Source of the DNA: Isurus oxyrinchus | Taxonomy: Eukaryota | DNA: 64,000 nucleotides | Assembly: GCA_026770705.1 (NCBI GenBank) | Contig: JANJGN010000022.1 | Span: 31,372,001-31,436,000 of the forward strand | Direction of reading: 5' to 3' | Shown here: positions 24,125-37,965 of the stretch, piece by piece | How positions within the stretch are numbered: the first letter of the stretch is position 1 | How the letters are laid out: each line of letters opens with the position of its first letter | Translations under genes and position numbers: made by a program | Notes under the pieces: model-generated | The model's database searches: none | What the model saw: only the letters and a program-made list of their open reading frames with translations | Told to the model about the DNA's origin: nothing

Positions 24125-27100
24125 CAAATGGGTGAGTACATGTTACCTCAAGTCACTAATGCAGGCCCTTTCCCCCTGGCACCACCACCACCGCAGCACC
24201 CCACCCCCTACCCGGCAACTCTGAGTACAGTAGCGGCATTGAATCCTTCACGGCATGTATCCTTCGCTGGGTGCAGCAACAGATATTGCCCATGCTTAAT
24301 TCACCGTGAGCAGGTTGAGCTAGGATGTGTTCTGCATCCGCAGCATATGTGACACTGACACCCAGAGTATAGAATGGAGATGAAAGTCAAGGATCTGCAC
24401 CTAGGCATAGTGCTGGAACTGGGAAGCATGTCAAAGTCAGGGTGCTAAACATGCTGGGAGGGGAGCTTCCAGTTGGCAGGGCACCAATCCATCTGCTGGT
24501 CTTTGCGCTCCACATGCTTGTGCCTCCTTGTTTAGTAAAGTGACACCTTGTGGTGCCACATGTGAAGTAGGCAGCATTTGGGCAATGGTGGGGGGGTGGG
24601 GGGTGGGAGCCAGCCCTGGCTAGTTTGGGTGAGTGTGTGGCAGCTGCGGGGTGACGAAGAACCTGAGCCCTGTAACGTCCCACTCTGGCTGGGGTGGCAG
24701 GGATGTGATGGGAATTCAGGTGCAGGCTGGACGAATCAATGCTCTTCTCTCCTTTTCAGAAGAAGACTGCGCACAATTCCGCAGAATGGATGTGGACTGG
24801 CAGAAGCCAGGCCCAGTTGGCCATCCTAATGGCTTACGAGCAGCAGGCCATGGATCTGGAGAGGTGCCATGCCCCCAGGTCCACCGGTGGTGGTGAAGCT
24901 GGAGTGCCACGAGGAGGTATCTTTGTCGAGCACTCAGGTCACCATGTGTGTCCCAGAAGCAATGACACTGCTGAATGCTCCGTGATTGAAGTTAGCAACA
25001 TGGGATTACCACTGCTATTGAAGAATGAGCACATAATGATCTAGGAGAGCAGCATGCAAGTTGACATTGTCTGCACTGTAACTAATCAAATGTCCTTTTT
25101 CTTCCTTTCAGCATCACTGGAGCAAGGCTGGGAGAAGGAGGCAGAGGGCCCACCTCGCACCCTGAGGCCCCTGAGCAAATCCACTCACCAGTGTCACACC
25201 ATCTCAGCAAGGGAGGCACCAGCACAGATACTAGCACCTCGGTGGAAATTAGATCTTTGATTAGTGTCCCAGGCCACGGTGGTGAGGGTACTTCACAGTC
25301 GCTTGAGGTGCGTTCAGAGACAGAGAGTGCCCACAGCGCCGGCAGTTGGAGGACTGCTGGAGACCAGGTGCATGCTTAGTCGGAGGCTGATGATGAGCCT
25401 CTGCAGTCATCTGTGAGGCAGCGAATGCTGGAAGTGCAGCAGGGTATGCGGGACGATCTGATGGAATACATGAGGGTATGCGTGGCATAGTGCCTGTGCT
25501 TGAAGAGACCACGCAGAGCATCACCAATGCAATGAGCCTCATGGCTGAGTGCCATGCTTCTTCCAGAGCGAGAGTGGCGACTCTCACGGAGATGCTCATC
25601 CAGGAAAACAAGTAGGTTTTCCTGAGGTTGCGCTCGGACCTGCAAGCCCTCACAATGGAATTACCCTCAGCTGATCAGTGCCAGTGTGGGAGATAGTTTG
25701 GGCACCAAGAATCCCAGCTCAGTGCCCATCTATCGATGGTGGGCAGGGAGGTCCAAAGCAACCTCACGTTGGCATAGCAGATGCCTGTCTGTGGGTCTCT
25801 GCGTGTTCCTCTCAGGGCATTCCGGATGAGGGCAGAAGCTCCTCCGCCCCTCTACCAGTGACTGGGGCATCCGATGAGGCTGCGGTGACTGGGGAGGTGT
25901 TAGGCGTGGAACTAGAAGCTCCCTCCTAGGCGGGGCTGTCAAAGGCTCCACGGTCCAGAGGATGTCCGCCAAGGTCATTGAGGCCAACAGGACAGCAGAG
26001 TGAGTAGGCCGTCTCAGATGCCAGTCCCAGCAAGGGGACAGCACCGAGATGTAGCACCCACAAGTGTAAATGTAAGGCACCTTAGGCACACCATGGGTTT
26101 CTCACTAGTACTTTTATGTTGGCCATAATAGTTTCTGGAAGACTTGGTGTGATGTCCAACACCTTTTTTTTTTGCTTTATGAAGTTACGTTTATTCCCTC
26201 AATAAATTTTGATATGTTGCCATTGCTCAGGGTGATTCCTTACTTCTGCAGGTGGACAGGATCCCATGATGTTATGAGTGAGTTGTTTGACATTGAGCTT
26301 TATTGACAAAGACCTTGGTTAATGTTAGTATCCAGGCTGATTTAGCACTCAGGTGTCGAGTCAGGACCCTGCAGCTCTGGCATCTGAGGGGTCTAGCTGA
26401 AGGTTGTTTGGATTAAAGCCTCCCGGGTGTCCCTGTCCCCCTGGAGTATGCCTGGGTCAGCATCTACCCCTCAGCATTTCCCTATGCGTGCTCAGCCTCG
26501 GACTCACTGCTGGACTCATCGTGTGCAGCTGCAGCCACTGCGTCTATGTCTTCATCGTTCACTGTGTCCCCCCTTTTCAGTGCAAGATTGTGCAGAGCGC
26601 AGCATGCAACCACTATCACCGAGACACGATCTGGGAGGTATTGGAGTTTGCGCCCAAGTGGTCCAGGCATCAGAAGTGCATCTTGAGAAGACCGATGACT
26701 CTCTCCACCACAGCCCTTGTGGTGCCCTGGCTCCTATTGTAGCGCTGCTCAGCTTCTGTTCTTGGATGGCGGAGAGGCGTCATGAGCCACCTTCTGAGGG
26801 GATAGCCCTTGTCACCCACCAGCCATCCATCCAGCCGAGCCGGAGCACTGAAGAGCCCCGGCACCTGGGAGTGTCTGAGGATGTAGGCATCGTGGGAGCT
26901 GCCTGGGTACCTTGCACAGACTTGTAGAATCTGCATCCTGTGATCACACACTATCTGCACGTTCATGGAAGCCCTTCCTGTTGATGAAGGCACCGGGCTC
27001 ACCTGCTGGCGCCTTGATGGCCACATGTGTACAGTCTATTGCACCCTGGATGTGGGGGAAGCCAGCAATGACCGCAAAGCCTCTGGCTCACTGTGTCTGG

Positions 27101-28088
27101 CTGGCCTCATTCCAGCGCTAGTGGATGAAGGTCAATGTGCACCTGAACAGAGCATTTGTCACCTGCTTTACACAAGTGTGGACAGCTGATTGGGAAACTC
27201 TGCAGAGATCACCCATCGACCCCTGGAAATAGCTGGAGGCATAGAGGTTGAGGGCAGCCATGAACTTTAGAGCCACTGGCATGGGATGCCCACCCACACA
27301 GTTTGTGGGATCTCAGGGCCAATCATCTGACAGATGGAGGTGACTGTTTCCCTTGAGAGTCAGAGCCTCCTCCAGCACTGGACCTCAGACATATTGAGGT
27401 AGCTACTTCACTGCCTGTATACCCTGGCAGCAGGATAGTGGCGTCTTCTGCAGCCCCGTCTGCCTTAGAATTCCTGTTGGCCCTGCGCCCCTTGTGCCTG
27501 TGCCTCTCCTCCCAAAGATGGCTCCCCCGGAGGCTGAAGGTGGACTCCTGGCCTCCTCCCCGTTCTGGTCCTCTCTTCCTCCTCAGATGATGTGCCTCCA
27601 GTGAAGAGCACAACTCCCATTCCCAAGCTATGGGAAGGCTTCATGAAAGCTGCAGGCCCCAAAAATGACCTTTACTGTAGAGTCCTGACCAAGGCTTTTA
27701 CTTCTGTCTGAGCAGCTGGTCTGAGTTTCGAAGTATTCCTGCTCACACAGGAAAGTATAAGTACCTTTCACACTTAAATCACATTCATGATCGCAATCAT
27801 CTCTCTTATCCCACCCGTGGATGAGGTTTGCACAAATGCCTCCTACCCACCTGCCCATTGCATCCGTGTGACCTCCTGAAGATCGCACAGGCTGCGAAAA
27901 ATCATATTCAATTGCTGCTTCAAGGGCCTTAACTAGCCCATTAATTAATGGCGTGCACGCATCCAAACTCATAGCTCTCTCGCCTTCCGAAATATCTCAA
28001 TGGCGTGCAGTGACGTCAGGATGCACGCCCGATGTCACTGCACATCATTTTACACGTCGGTGTGCACGCCAATGGAGAAATTCTGCCC
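24125..28088. mobile_element. Degenerate PIF/Harbinger DNA transposon; left end missing, right TIR retained
   Basis: Minus-strand DDE transposase; right end aaattctgccc equals TIR GGGCAGAATTT; a convergent plus-strand decayed second gene (~24700-26085) is inferred from typical Harbinger organisation. Confidence 0.8.
26400..27625 (-). pseudogene. HARBI1-like DDE transposase, frameshifted
   Basis: GAIDCTHV, NVQIVCD, YPGSSHDAYIL, GDKGYPL, YN...R.VVERVIGLLK motifs. Confidence 0.9.
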
Positions 28089-29961
28089 TCTAAGTTTATT
28101 GTAACATATTTAAGTTATAAGAACGTCCTACAGCAGCTTCTGACCATGCTTATTCTCCACAAGTCCAAGATCACATGAGTATATGTCACTTCCTTCCATG
28201 ACATCACAGACTGTTTCAGTTAACACTTGATGGGTCTTTGCCTAATATACAATTGCAAGGGCATCTGTGATGACTGTGGATAGACTTTTACACTTCAAGT
28301 CTCAAAGGGAGGTGTTAAGAATGTCAGGTTTTTATAGATGGTTGTGCTTTAAATTGTCTTTCTTATTCTCAGATAGAATGAAGTTGGAGATCTAAAGGAT
28401 AGCTTATTTGTATTTTCACGTGGATACAAGGCCCATGTGAGTCACTTGCCATGGAGGTGGGCTTTGAGAAAGGACCAGACCATGGAAAGCCAGTGTTGTA
28501 TTGGCTTACAGGTTTTTTTTTTCCTTAATATCTTTTTTTAAGATATTCCTGAACCACCCAGTCAAGTCAATCTTCAAGAAGCAGAGAGAAAGAGAGAGAT
28601 GGCAAACAGATAGATGCAGCCAGTTTCAATTGTTCATCATGCAGAATGTGGGTGGGAGTTCATGTTCAGATTGAAGAACACAAGTTCACGAGGATTTAAA
28701 CAAGACTGGAAGATTCGTTTAGCTTTGGCTAGAATGAAGGTTCTCCAGGGTAACTCTCGCTGTGAAAGTCAGTCCGGGGATTAGAAATTATTTGCTAGTA
28801 AAGGAAAAAGGAAGCAAGTCTTTGGGATCTGAGAATAGCTTTGGACTGGTTCCAGGAGCACCATGCTATTCCAGTGTCCATTGGCAATGGAGTTAGTGGC
28901 AATATGATCTGTGCCTCCACAGCTTTGAAACTGGGTATCTCAGTGAAAAGTTCATCCTAATCTGTTCCCCAGCTGATGGTTTATCGCTTTTACCAGTGTG
29001 TTGGTGAAACACAACCTTGCTATTGAAGTTCTGGTCATGGAGATCCTTGATGATGAGATATTTGCAGGGGCTCCATTCATTAAAACCAATGATGTGTCAA
29101 TTCAACCAGCCAAACGCCTAGTATTAGTTCGTGACTCCACTACATATCTTTATGGATCTTGTGCTTCCTCCAGCTCATGCAGAGTTAAATGAGTTCATGT
29201 AATTCATGCTCCCTCATGGTCACAATAATCTGGTCAGGGGATTACATCAACATCACCTTACTGGGTGATTTTGCAGATCTCACAACATTCGCAGACAAGC
29301 TCTCCCCTCTTCCTTCAGGACCAAAATATACGAAGCCACCAACACTTTGCCCCGATCACATAATTCGGCTATTGTTGATTCACATTATGAACCTCTCCCT
29401 TGAACCACAGGTCCTGCCTTGCTGTGAGCATTTTGCTCAATATGGCCTGTCTTCACTCCCAGCATCCAAGATTCTCAGACTTCTCAGGAAGACATGACAC
29501 AGTGACTTATCAAGCAATGCAAGCATAAGCACCATCGGCTTTATTTCAGAATCTGTTCTTGTGGATCCAGATCACACTTTGCCTCAGCACACACGTTATC
29601 AGTTCCACAGCAGCCTTCAGGAATATGATAATGTCTTTGATCCAACATTCCTTTCAAAACTAATGTCAACATGGGACCCACACAACCTCCACAATGAAAG
29701 GGTCACCTTCCCCATTATATCAGAGATAAACTTGTTGAGTTGCAGCAAAAATTTAATGACCTTGAAGGCCTTGGATTCATTCTCTATTTGAAGATGTTGG
29801 AGTCACTGTAGAGTACCTTAGCCCATCATTTCTCATGAAGAAGTCAAATGCCAATGTTGGGCGCTGCAGTAAGCTACAACATTTGTTCATGCCAGATATT
29901 GACTCAATCTTACACAAGCTTGCCCAGTAGAAATATATCATTTCAATAGTTCTAACCAATG

Positions 29962-31246
29962 AAATAAAAACAGAAAATGCTGGAAAAACTCAGCAAGTCT
30001 GGCAGCATCTATGAAGAGAGAAACAGAGTTACTGTTTCAAGTCCATATGACTCTTCTTCAGAACTGAAGAGAGGTAAATATGTGATGGGTTTTATACTGT
30101 TTAAGGAGTTTGTGGAACAGGTGGACCAAAACAGGAGGTCAGGGACAGGTGGGAGATAAGGTGAAATTTGACAAAGGTGTCGTGGACTCAATACAAATGG
30201 TGGCAATACCCAATACAAGTGGTGGCATTAAGGACGAAAGAAGGTGTCGATAGTGGCATGAAGATAAGATAGCAGAATGTGTTAATAGCAGAATAAGGGT
30301 CAGCGCTCTGTGGAAGCACAACATGAGAACAAGTGATAGAGGGCCCTGTTAGTTGGGGGAGTGGGGGCAGAGTGCTGCAGTGGCGGAGGCTGGTTGGGGA
30401 AAAATTTGGTTTAAAAAAGGGGTCATGGATGAGAAATTCATGGCCTGAAGTTGTTGAACTCAATGTTAAGTCCAGAAGTCTGTAAAGTGCCTAATCAGAA
30501 GATGAGGTACTGTTCCTTCAGTTTACATTGGGCTTCACTGGAACATTGCACAAGAGCAGGATGGTGAGTTGCAAAGGAAAGCGGCAGGAAGGTCTGGGTC
30601 ATGTTTGTGCGCTGAGTGAAGGTGATCTGCAAAGTGATCACCCAGTCTGCATTTAGTCTCCCTAGTCTAGAGGAGACTGCATTATGAGCGGTGAATACAA
30701 TAAACCAAACTAAAGGAGTTGCAAGTGAAGCACTGCTTCACCTGTAAGGAGTGTCTTGGCCTGCTGCAACATTCCAGTGAAGCCCAACGCAAACTGTCCT
30801 CCATCTTGACCCCTTTCTTAATCCACTTTTTCCCCAAAACCCACTCCCCACAGGGCCATCCACGACTGTTCTTATGTTGTGCTTTCCCTAAGTACTGACA
30901 CTTGTTCTCCCATAAACACATTCTGCTATCTTACCTTAATGCCACTATCAGCACCTTCTTTAGTCTTTAACATTAGCATTAACACCCTCTTTGTCTTGTG
31001 TCCATGACATCTTTGTCAAATCTCTCCTGAGCTTTCACCTATCCCTGACCTTCTATTTTGTTCCACCTGCTCCGTCCCCTCTTAGCAGTATAAAATCCAT
31101 CACATTTCTACCTCTCTTCAGTTCTGAAGAAGAGTCATATAGACTTGAAACATTAACTCTGTTTCTCTCTCCACAGATGCTGCCAGTCTTTGAGTTTTTC
31201 CAGCATTTTCTGTCTCTATGTCAGACTTACAGTATTTTGCTTCTAT
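29962..31246. mobile_element. Penelope-like insertion with inverted arms (minus ~29962-30760, plus ~30757-31246) and 17-bp degenerate TSD
   Basis: Both arms carry the pLTR and hammerhead block; TSD aatagttctaaccaatg (29945-29961) and attagatctaaccaacg (31247-31263). Confidence 0.8.
31120..31158 (+). ncRNA. Minimal type I hammerhead ribozyme-like motif in Penelope pLTR (mirror copy on minus at ~30027-30065)
   Basis: AGTT CTGAAGA A GAGTC atata GACTT GAAAC ATT AACT: stem I AGTT/AACT, CUGANGA core, stem II, GAAA. Confidence 0.6.
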
Positions 31247-34149
31247 ATTAGATCTAACCAACGACCTTGATCATATTCTATTATGAAGTGCTATGGAATG
31301 GTTACATCCTGCAAAGGTATTTGTCCTTGCACTCAATCTGCCCTGGACAGGTCTGGATCTGAAAGTGACCTTGAGAATTGACATGACATGTCCTAGGTGA
31401 TCTTTTAGAGGAGGGCACAGTAGTCAAGCTTGCAGATGATCTCCACTGTTATAGTAACAGTTTGGAAGAACTTCTTCGCAACTGACAACAGGAACGATAT
31501 TGTGATCTGTGCCTATCTGCCCCTAAATCTGTCATCTGTCCTAAGACTATTCTGGGATGGGTGTCTCAGGGTATCTTTCAGTTTAGCCCGTAACATGTGA
31601 CCACTATCTCTAACTGCTCTCCACTGGTGAAGATGTTTGGCATGAGATCTTTCATCAGAGCCTTTAAGATGCTTTCAAGAGTCTCCCCTCATTGTGCCTC
31701 TTTCACAGCCCCCTTGAATGCCATTACCATTGGTCATCAGCCCAATTAAAGGATCGAATGGACAGATAAGCTCTGCACAATCCGCTCTTTCATCCGCTAA
31801 AGCAATTGTCTTACCTATCCAGATGATATACTCTGTGTTGTCACAGACAATGCTGTTAAGAAGAATGGCATCGCCTCCACCTTGTATGTGACCTGTGGTA
31901 ACAGACACAAACTTGCTGTTTTTTTCTGTTGTCCAACTGCATGGTCATGGAGTCACATGGTTGCTTTGTGAAATTGGCGCTCTGTTCATCACAACTTCTA
32001 TTAAACATTTCAGCTCATATATTGTGCAGTCCAAGCACTGCCCTTGTGTCCACACAGAAAGCAAGTCTTGTGTGCAGCTTCTGAGAAACTGTGCAGAGGC
32101 AAATTTTCTACCAGTTCCCATGTTACTGCCTTCCTTTCCAGACACTACCCTGGCTCTTTCAGACAAATAGCTGGATCTGTGAACAGCCCTTCAGATTTTG
32201 CAAGTCCCAAAGCAACTGACTGAAAGAACCCCACATGCCAGGTCTGTTTCTTCATTCATCAGACCTCACATTCCACTGTTTACTGGGTATCCATTGATGT
32301 CAATACTTCAGGCACAACAAAACTCCCTTTTATCAGCAGATCAGGCATGCTCACCTGCCACAAGGCATCAGCCCTTCAACGAACCTTACCAATATTTGCA
32401 AATTCAAACGCGACCCCTGGATTGCTATCATTGCTTGGGGTGGTTTACTCATTGTTCAGCACAAAGAGTCCCTTGTCCCCTGCAGGTAATGCATTATCAT
32501 TTCACGTGATGTTCTGGAAGGTCTCATCACTGCTGTCCATCCATCGCCTTAGTCACCAATCTTCTCATCAACTCAACTCAGCCATCCATCAATATTTCTA
32601 TGCACAGATGCCTCCGTTGAATGGATCACAGCTAGCTGCCACACCTACGCTGCTCTCCAGACCATCCCACACACTATCATCCCCCGGTCTTCAAGTGACC
32701 TCCAGAGGCATCTCATTTATTGCTGATGTTATCAAGCATGAATGACAACTCATTTTAGTTGTACAAAAATGTGTCACTTCTTACACAGCTGTTTACATGA
32801 CTGCCAACGACACCTGGCACCTTAAGGAATGCTCTTCTCCAGTTGTGCTTTAGGTTTCGTCCACTTGATGGTGCCTAAGCTATCATATGGACTGATCTTC
32901 CCACTGGGTTTTCCACTCTGTTAGGACTCAAAGCATTTCAGGAATGCCACATTGCCATTGAGCTCAAGGAGTTGAAGAATCCTAACAGGAACCTGGTCGC
33001 AGAGAAGCCAGTACAGGAATTGGAGGATGTGCTTCTATGCTAAGAACTACATGGAGGCCCTATCACACCTTTGACTCTGTCTATTTTCGCTACATGACGC
33101 AATTCCCGCCTTTGTTCCCAAGACCTTTCTGCGAGAGAATTATGGACACAGAGAGATCAGTTCACCAGTATGCAGATTCCCTTGTCTGACAGCAGGGATA
33201 CTGAGTCTCAATATCAGCTCCACCAGGCTAATCACCTGTATCGTTAGAAATTCAAGGCCCCCCCTAGTAGTGTAACCAACACTCACCTCAGCTGATGTTG
33301 GTGATCTGGTCTAACTTCATGCTGATCTATATCCAGCTATGGGTTTAGCACCCATGGTGAATGCTCCCAACCATCTAGTTCCTGTAAACTCTGATAAATC
33401 CGCTGAGGCACCTATGACTTCCACAGCTCCAGTGCTGCCAGCTATGGGGTCAACCAAGCAAACTCTTACAATGGGTCCCACAATCCTGTCTCAATAACTG
33501 ACTTTAGGACAGATCCCTGGGTGTCCAGCCCTGCTGTGGCAACACTGATACCTCATCCAGAGCCAAGGACTTTATCACCTACTCCAGTTTGGTCATCCCC
33601 GGCACAGGCCCTGTTCTGATGCATCCATCTGATCCAGTCTTGCAGCTCACTGTCCGGGCTCCTGATTCTATAGCACTGGCTTTAAGCACACCCAGCCAGC
33701 TGTCTAAGTGTACCACTGTTCCCTCAATGCCCACTTTACGACAATCCATTCATTAGAGATGTCCCCCAATCCATCCAGCAGATTTCATAGCTCATGATTT
33801 GTGGGCTGAATAAACACCACTGGATAGAGGACAGTACACCCCCTGATGTGTTCAATTGAGAGTGGATTTTGATGCAAGGAAGCGGTTCACGTGTACTCAT
33901 CTCAGATATTTTTCTTGGCATCATTAATTAGAACAAGGGAATTTGAAGTACATGGGTGAGAAAAAGAAAGAGGTTATACCACTATATATTATCGCCTTCT
34001 GTTGGCTGGGGGCCCATGTAAAACTCCAGTGGCTTGTTGGCAAGAAAGAAACCAAGTCTTCTTCTACCTAGAGCTTCATTCCCATTCACATAAAACATCA
34101 TCCCACATTATCCCTCTTTACACTATTTTGAGTACCCAATGTAAACAAT

Positions 34150-34425
34150 TCAAAGGTAGAACAAATTAACAAAACTAACAAGGGGAAAATCCCTTAAAGC
34201 GACACTGCAGGTAAAGACAAAATCTCAAAGGAAACTTACAAAATACAGTTGTTGGGGTCAACAATGCACTCCAGTCCAAAGAATGGCACCTCTGACAGTC
34301 AAACACTTCTGTTGTACTGCACTGGGAATGCCAGCATAGATTCCACACTCAAGCCTCAGGCATAGAATTTTAACCCACAACATTCTCAGTCAGAGACAAC
34401 AATACTACCAACTGAGCCACAGCTG
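34150..34425 (-). mobile_element. Old Tx1-like 3' fragment (~34150-34278) next to a Deu-type SINE head (~34285-34425)
   Basis: aaaggaaacttacaaa...ggggtcaacaa...ccagtcc resembles the Tx1 3' end; the reverse complement of the second part starts cagctgtggctcagttggtag. Confidence 0.5.
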
Positions 34426-34759
34426 AAATGAAGCTGTTTCACCTTAATATGCACCCAAATGATGTGCTTAACCAATTAACCTCTAATTACTAACTTAATC
34501 ACTTCTTGGTTCTGAAATATTTTGTATCTAAACAATTCGTTCCCTCGTGGGTGCGGCAGTTTTGTATTATTTCATTGTACTGTTCCAAGGCTGCTTTAAA
34601 CTCGATGCTTCCACCTTAACACAACTGGTATTGTGATCCAGTTTATGTGTCAACCTAATGGAAAACACTGCCGGTGGCAGAGCTCTGCAGATAATAAAGG
34701 AAAAATAAGATGCCATAGTTACAGTCATAGTGTCATTCAAGATTTAGAGTAAAGCATCA

Positions 34760-37700
34760 AAGTTGATACTGTTGTGGGGGGGATGGCCTATCAGGGCAAA
34801 ACAACAGGAGTAGTCAGAGCAGTGGCACCACGGCTGGCTCTGTTGTTCAGCAGGGGGGTGGTCAAAGCACAGAAGAGCAATTGTCATAGGGGACTCTATA
34901 GTCAAGGGCTCAGATAGGCAATTCTGTGGTCATGAAAGAAACCCCAGGATGGTATGTTGCCTCCTTGGTGCCAGGGTCCAAGATGTCTCTGATCGGGTAG
35001 GGGACATTCTGAAGGGGGAGGGAGAACAGCCAGAGGTCATGGTACACATTGGTACTAACGACATAGGCAGGAAGAGTGACGAGGTCCAACAGTAGGAGTT
35101 CAGGGAGTTAGGTAGAAACTTAAAAAACAGGACATCTAGGGTTGTAATCTCAGGATTACTCCCTGTGTCAATGAGGCTAGAAATAGGAAGATAGTGCAGC
35201 TAAACACGTGGCTGAACAGATGGTGTAGGAGGGAGAGTTTCCGATATTTGGATCTTTGGGATCTCTTCCGGGGCAGGTGGGACCTATACAAGAAGGACAG
35301 GTTGCATCTAAACTGGAGGGGCACCAATATCCTGGCTGCAAGGTTTGCTAGTTTCACTCGGGAAGGTTTAAACTAGTATGGCAGGGGGGTGGGAACCAGA
35401 GCAATAGGTCAGCAGGTGAAATAAATGATGGGGAACCAGTGAATATGGCCAGTAGGACTCAGAGGAAGAGCAGGCAGGGTGACATTACTGAACACAGTGG
35501 GACTGGGGGTTTGAAATGTATTTGTTTCAATGTGAAAAGTATAACAGGCAAGGCAGATGAGCTTAAAGATTGGATTAGTACTTGGGACTGTGATGTTATT
35601 GCTATTACAGAGACTTGGTTGAAGGATGGACAGGATTGGCAGATAAGCGTTCCAGGATTTAGATGTTTGAGGCAGAATAGACAGGGATGTAGAAGAGGTG
35701 GGAGAGTTGCACTGCTGGTTAAGGAGAATATCACAGCTGTACGACAGGAGGACACCTCGGTGGACTCATGCAGCGAGGCAATATGGGTAGAGCTCCGGAA
35801 TTGGAAGGGTGCAGTCACAATGTTGTGGGTTTACTATAGGCCTCCCAATTGTTGGCGGGAGATTGAGGAACAGTTATGTAGGCAGATTTTAGAAAGATGT
35901 AAAAGCAATAGGGTTGTTGTGGTGGGTGATTTTAACTTTCCCTATATTGACTGGGCATCACTTCATGCTAGGAGTTTGGATGGTGCAGAATTTGTAAGGT
36001 TCCTCCAGGAGTGCTTCCTGAGACAATATGTAGATAGTCCAACTAGGGAAGGGGCAATACTGGACCTGGTATTAGGGAATCAACCCGGCCAGGTGGTTGA
36101 AGTTTCAGTAGGGGAGCATTTCGGGAAAAGAACAAAGAACAAAGAGAAGTACAGCACAGGAACAGGCCCTTTGGCGCTCCAAGTCTGTTGCGATCACATT
36201 GCCTGTCAACTAAAACATTTTGCACTTGCAGGGTCTGTATCGCTCTATTCCCATCCTATTCATGTATTTGTCAAGCTGCCTCTTAAACACCACTATCGTA
36301 CCTGCTTCCACCACCTCCTCTGGCAGTGAATTCCAGACACTCACTACCCTCTGCGTAAAAACTTGCCCCGCACATCTCCTCTATAGTTTTCTCCTCTCAC
36401 CTTAAATCCATGTCCCCTAGTAATTGACTCTTCCACCCTGGGTAAAAGCTTCTGACTATCTACTCTGTCCGTGCCACTCATAATTTTGTAAACTTCTAAC
36501 AAGTCGCCCCTCAATCTCTGTCACTCTAGTGAGAACAATCCGAGTTTCTCCAACCTCTCCTCATAGCTAATAACCTGCAAATCAGGCAGCATCCTGGTAA
36601 ACCTCCTCTGCATGCTCTCCAATGCCTACATTCTTTGTGACAGGATTTATTACCATTTGGAAGCAAATGGGCTTATTAGTGAGAGGCAGCATGGTTTTGT
36701 GAAGGGGAGGTCGTGTCTCATTAACTTGATCGAGTTTTTCGAGGAAGTGACAAAGATGATCGACAATGGAAGGGCAGTGGATACTATCTACATGGATTTC
36801 AGTAAGGCCTTTGACAAGGTCCCTCATGGCAGACTGGTACAGAAGGTAAAGTCGCACAGCATCAGAGGTGAGCTGACAAGAAGGGTACAGAATTGGCTTG
36901 GTCAGCGAAGACAGAGGGTAGCAGTGGAATGGTGCTTTTCTCAATGGAGAGCTGTGACTAGTGGTGTTCCACAGGGATCAGTGCTGGGACCTTTGCTGTT
37001 TGTAGTATACGTAAATGATTTGGAGGAAAATGTAACTGGGTTTATTAGTAAGTTTGCAGACGACACTAAGGTTGGAGGAGTTGCAGATAGTGAAGAAAAC
37101 TGTCAAAGGATACAACGAGATATAGATCGGTTGGAGACTTGGGCGGAGAAATGGCAGATGGAGTTTAATCCAGACAAATGTGAGGTAATGCATTTTGGAA
37201 GGTCTAATACAGGTAGGAATTATCCAGTAAATGGCAGAACCCTTAAGTGCATCGACGGGCAGAGGGATCTGGGTGTACAGGTCCACAGGTCACTGAAAGT
37301 GGCAAAGCAGATGGATAAGTTAGTCAGGAAGGCCTATGGCATGCTTTCCTTCATTGGCAGGAGTATTGAGTATAAAAGCTGGGAAGTCATGCTGCAGCTG
37401 TATAGAACCTTGGTTAGGCCATACTTGGAATATTGCTTGCAATTCTGGCCACCACATTACCAGAAGGATATGGAGGCTTTGGAGAGGACACAGAGGAAGT
37501 TTACCAGGATGCTGTCAGATCCGGAGGTTATTAGCTATGAGGAGAGGTTGGAGAAACTCGGATTGTTCTCACTAGAGCAACGGAGATTGAGGGGCGACTT
37601 GATAGAAGTTTACAAAATGATGAGTGGCATGGACAGAGTAGATAGTCAGAAGCTTTTTCCCAGGGTGGAAGAGTCAATTACTAGGGGACATAGATTTAAG

Positions 37701-37965
37701 GTGAGAGGAGAAAACTTTAGAGGAGATGTGTGAGGCAAGTTTTTTACGCATAGGGTAATACGTGTCTGGAACCCGCTGCCAGAGGAGGTGGTGGAAGCAT
37801 GTAGGATAGTGGTGTTTAAGAGGCTACTTGACAAATACATGAATAGGATGGGAATAGAGGGATACGGACTCCGGAAGTGCAAAATGTTTTAGTTTGATAG
37901 GTAATATGATCGGCGCATGCTTGGAAGTGCCTGTTCCTGTGCTGTACTTTTCTTTGTTCTTTGAT
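34760..37965 (+). mobile_element. CR1 LINE (esterase-type ORF1 remnant, APE 35439-36125, RT 36626-37733) with internal inverted fragment
   Basis: IVIGDSIV and VHIGTNDI (SGNH); ITETWL, VGDFN; MDFSKAFD, PQGSVLGP, FADD; tail (ttctttg)n. Confidence 0.92.
36126..36625 (-). mobile_element. Inverted CR1 3' end of the same family
   Basis: Reverse complement resembles ~37480-37965. Confidence 0.85.

Larger units (their letters stand above)
28980..33700 (+). mobile_element. Highly decayed Ty3/Gypsy-like pol remnant, interrupted by a Penelope insertion
   Basis: Protease-like C-terminal segment (EVLVMEILDDEIFAGAPF), RT-like EYLSPSFLMKK, MPDIDSIL and KLADDL; later integrase-like pieces; purine tract at ~33955-33973. 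Confidence 0.6.

Noticed and set aside
28305-28900. LTR following purine tract aaagggagg|tgttaaga
   Set aside because: No partner LTR or clear CA end found; too weak to call.
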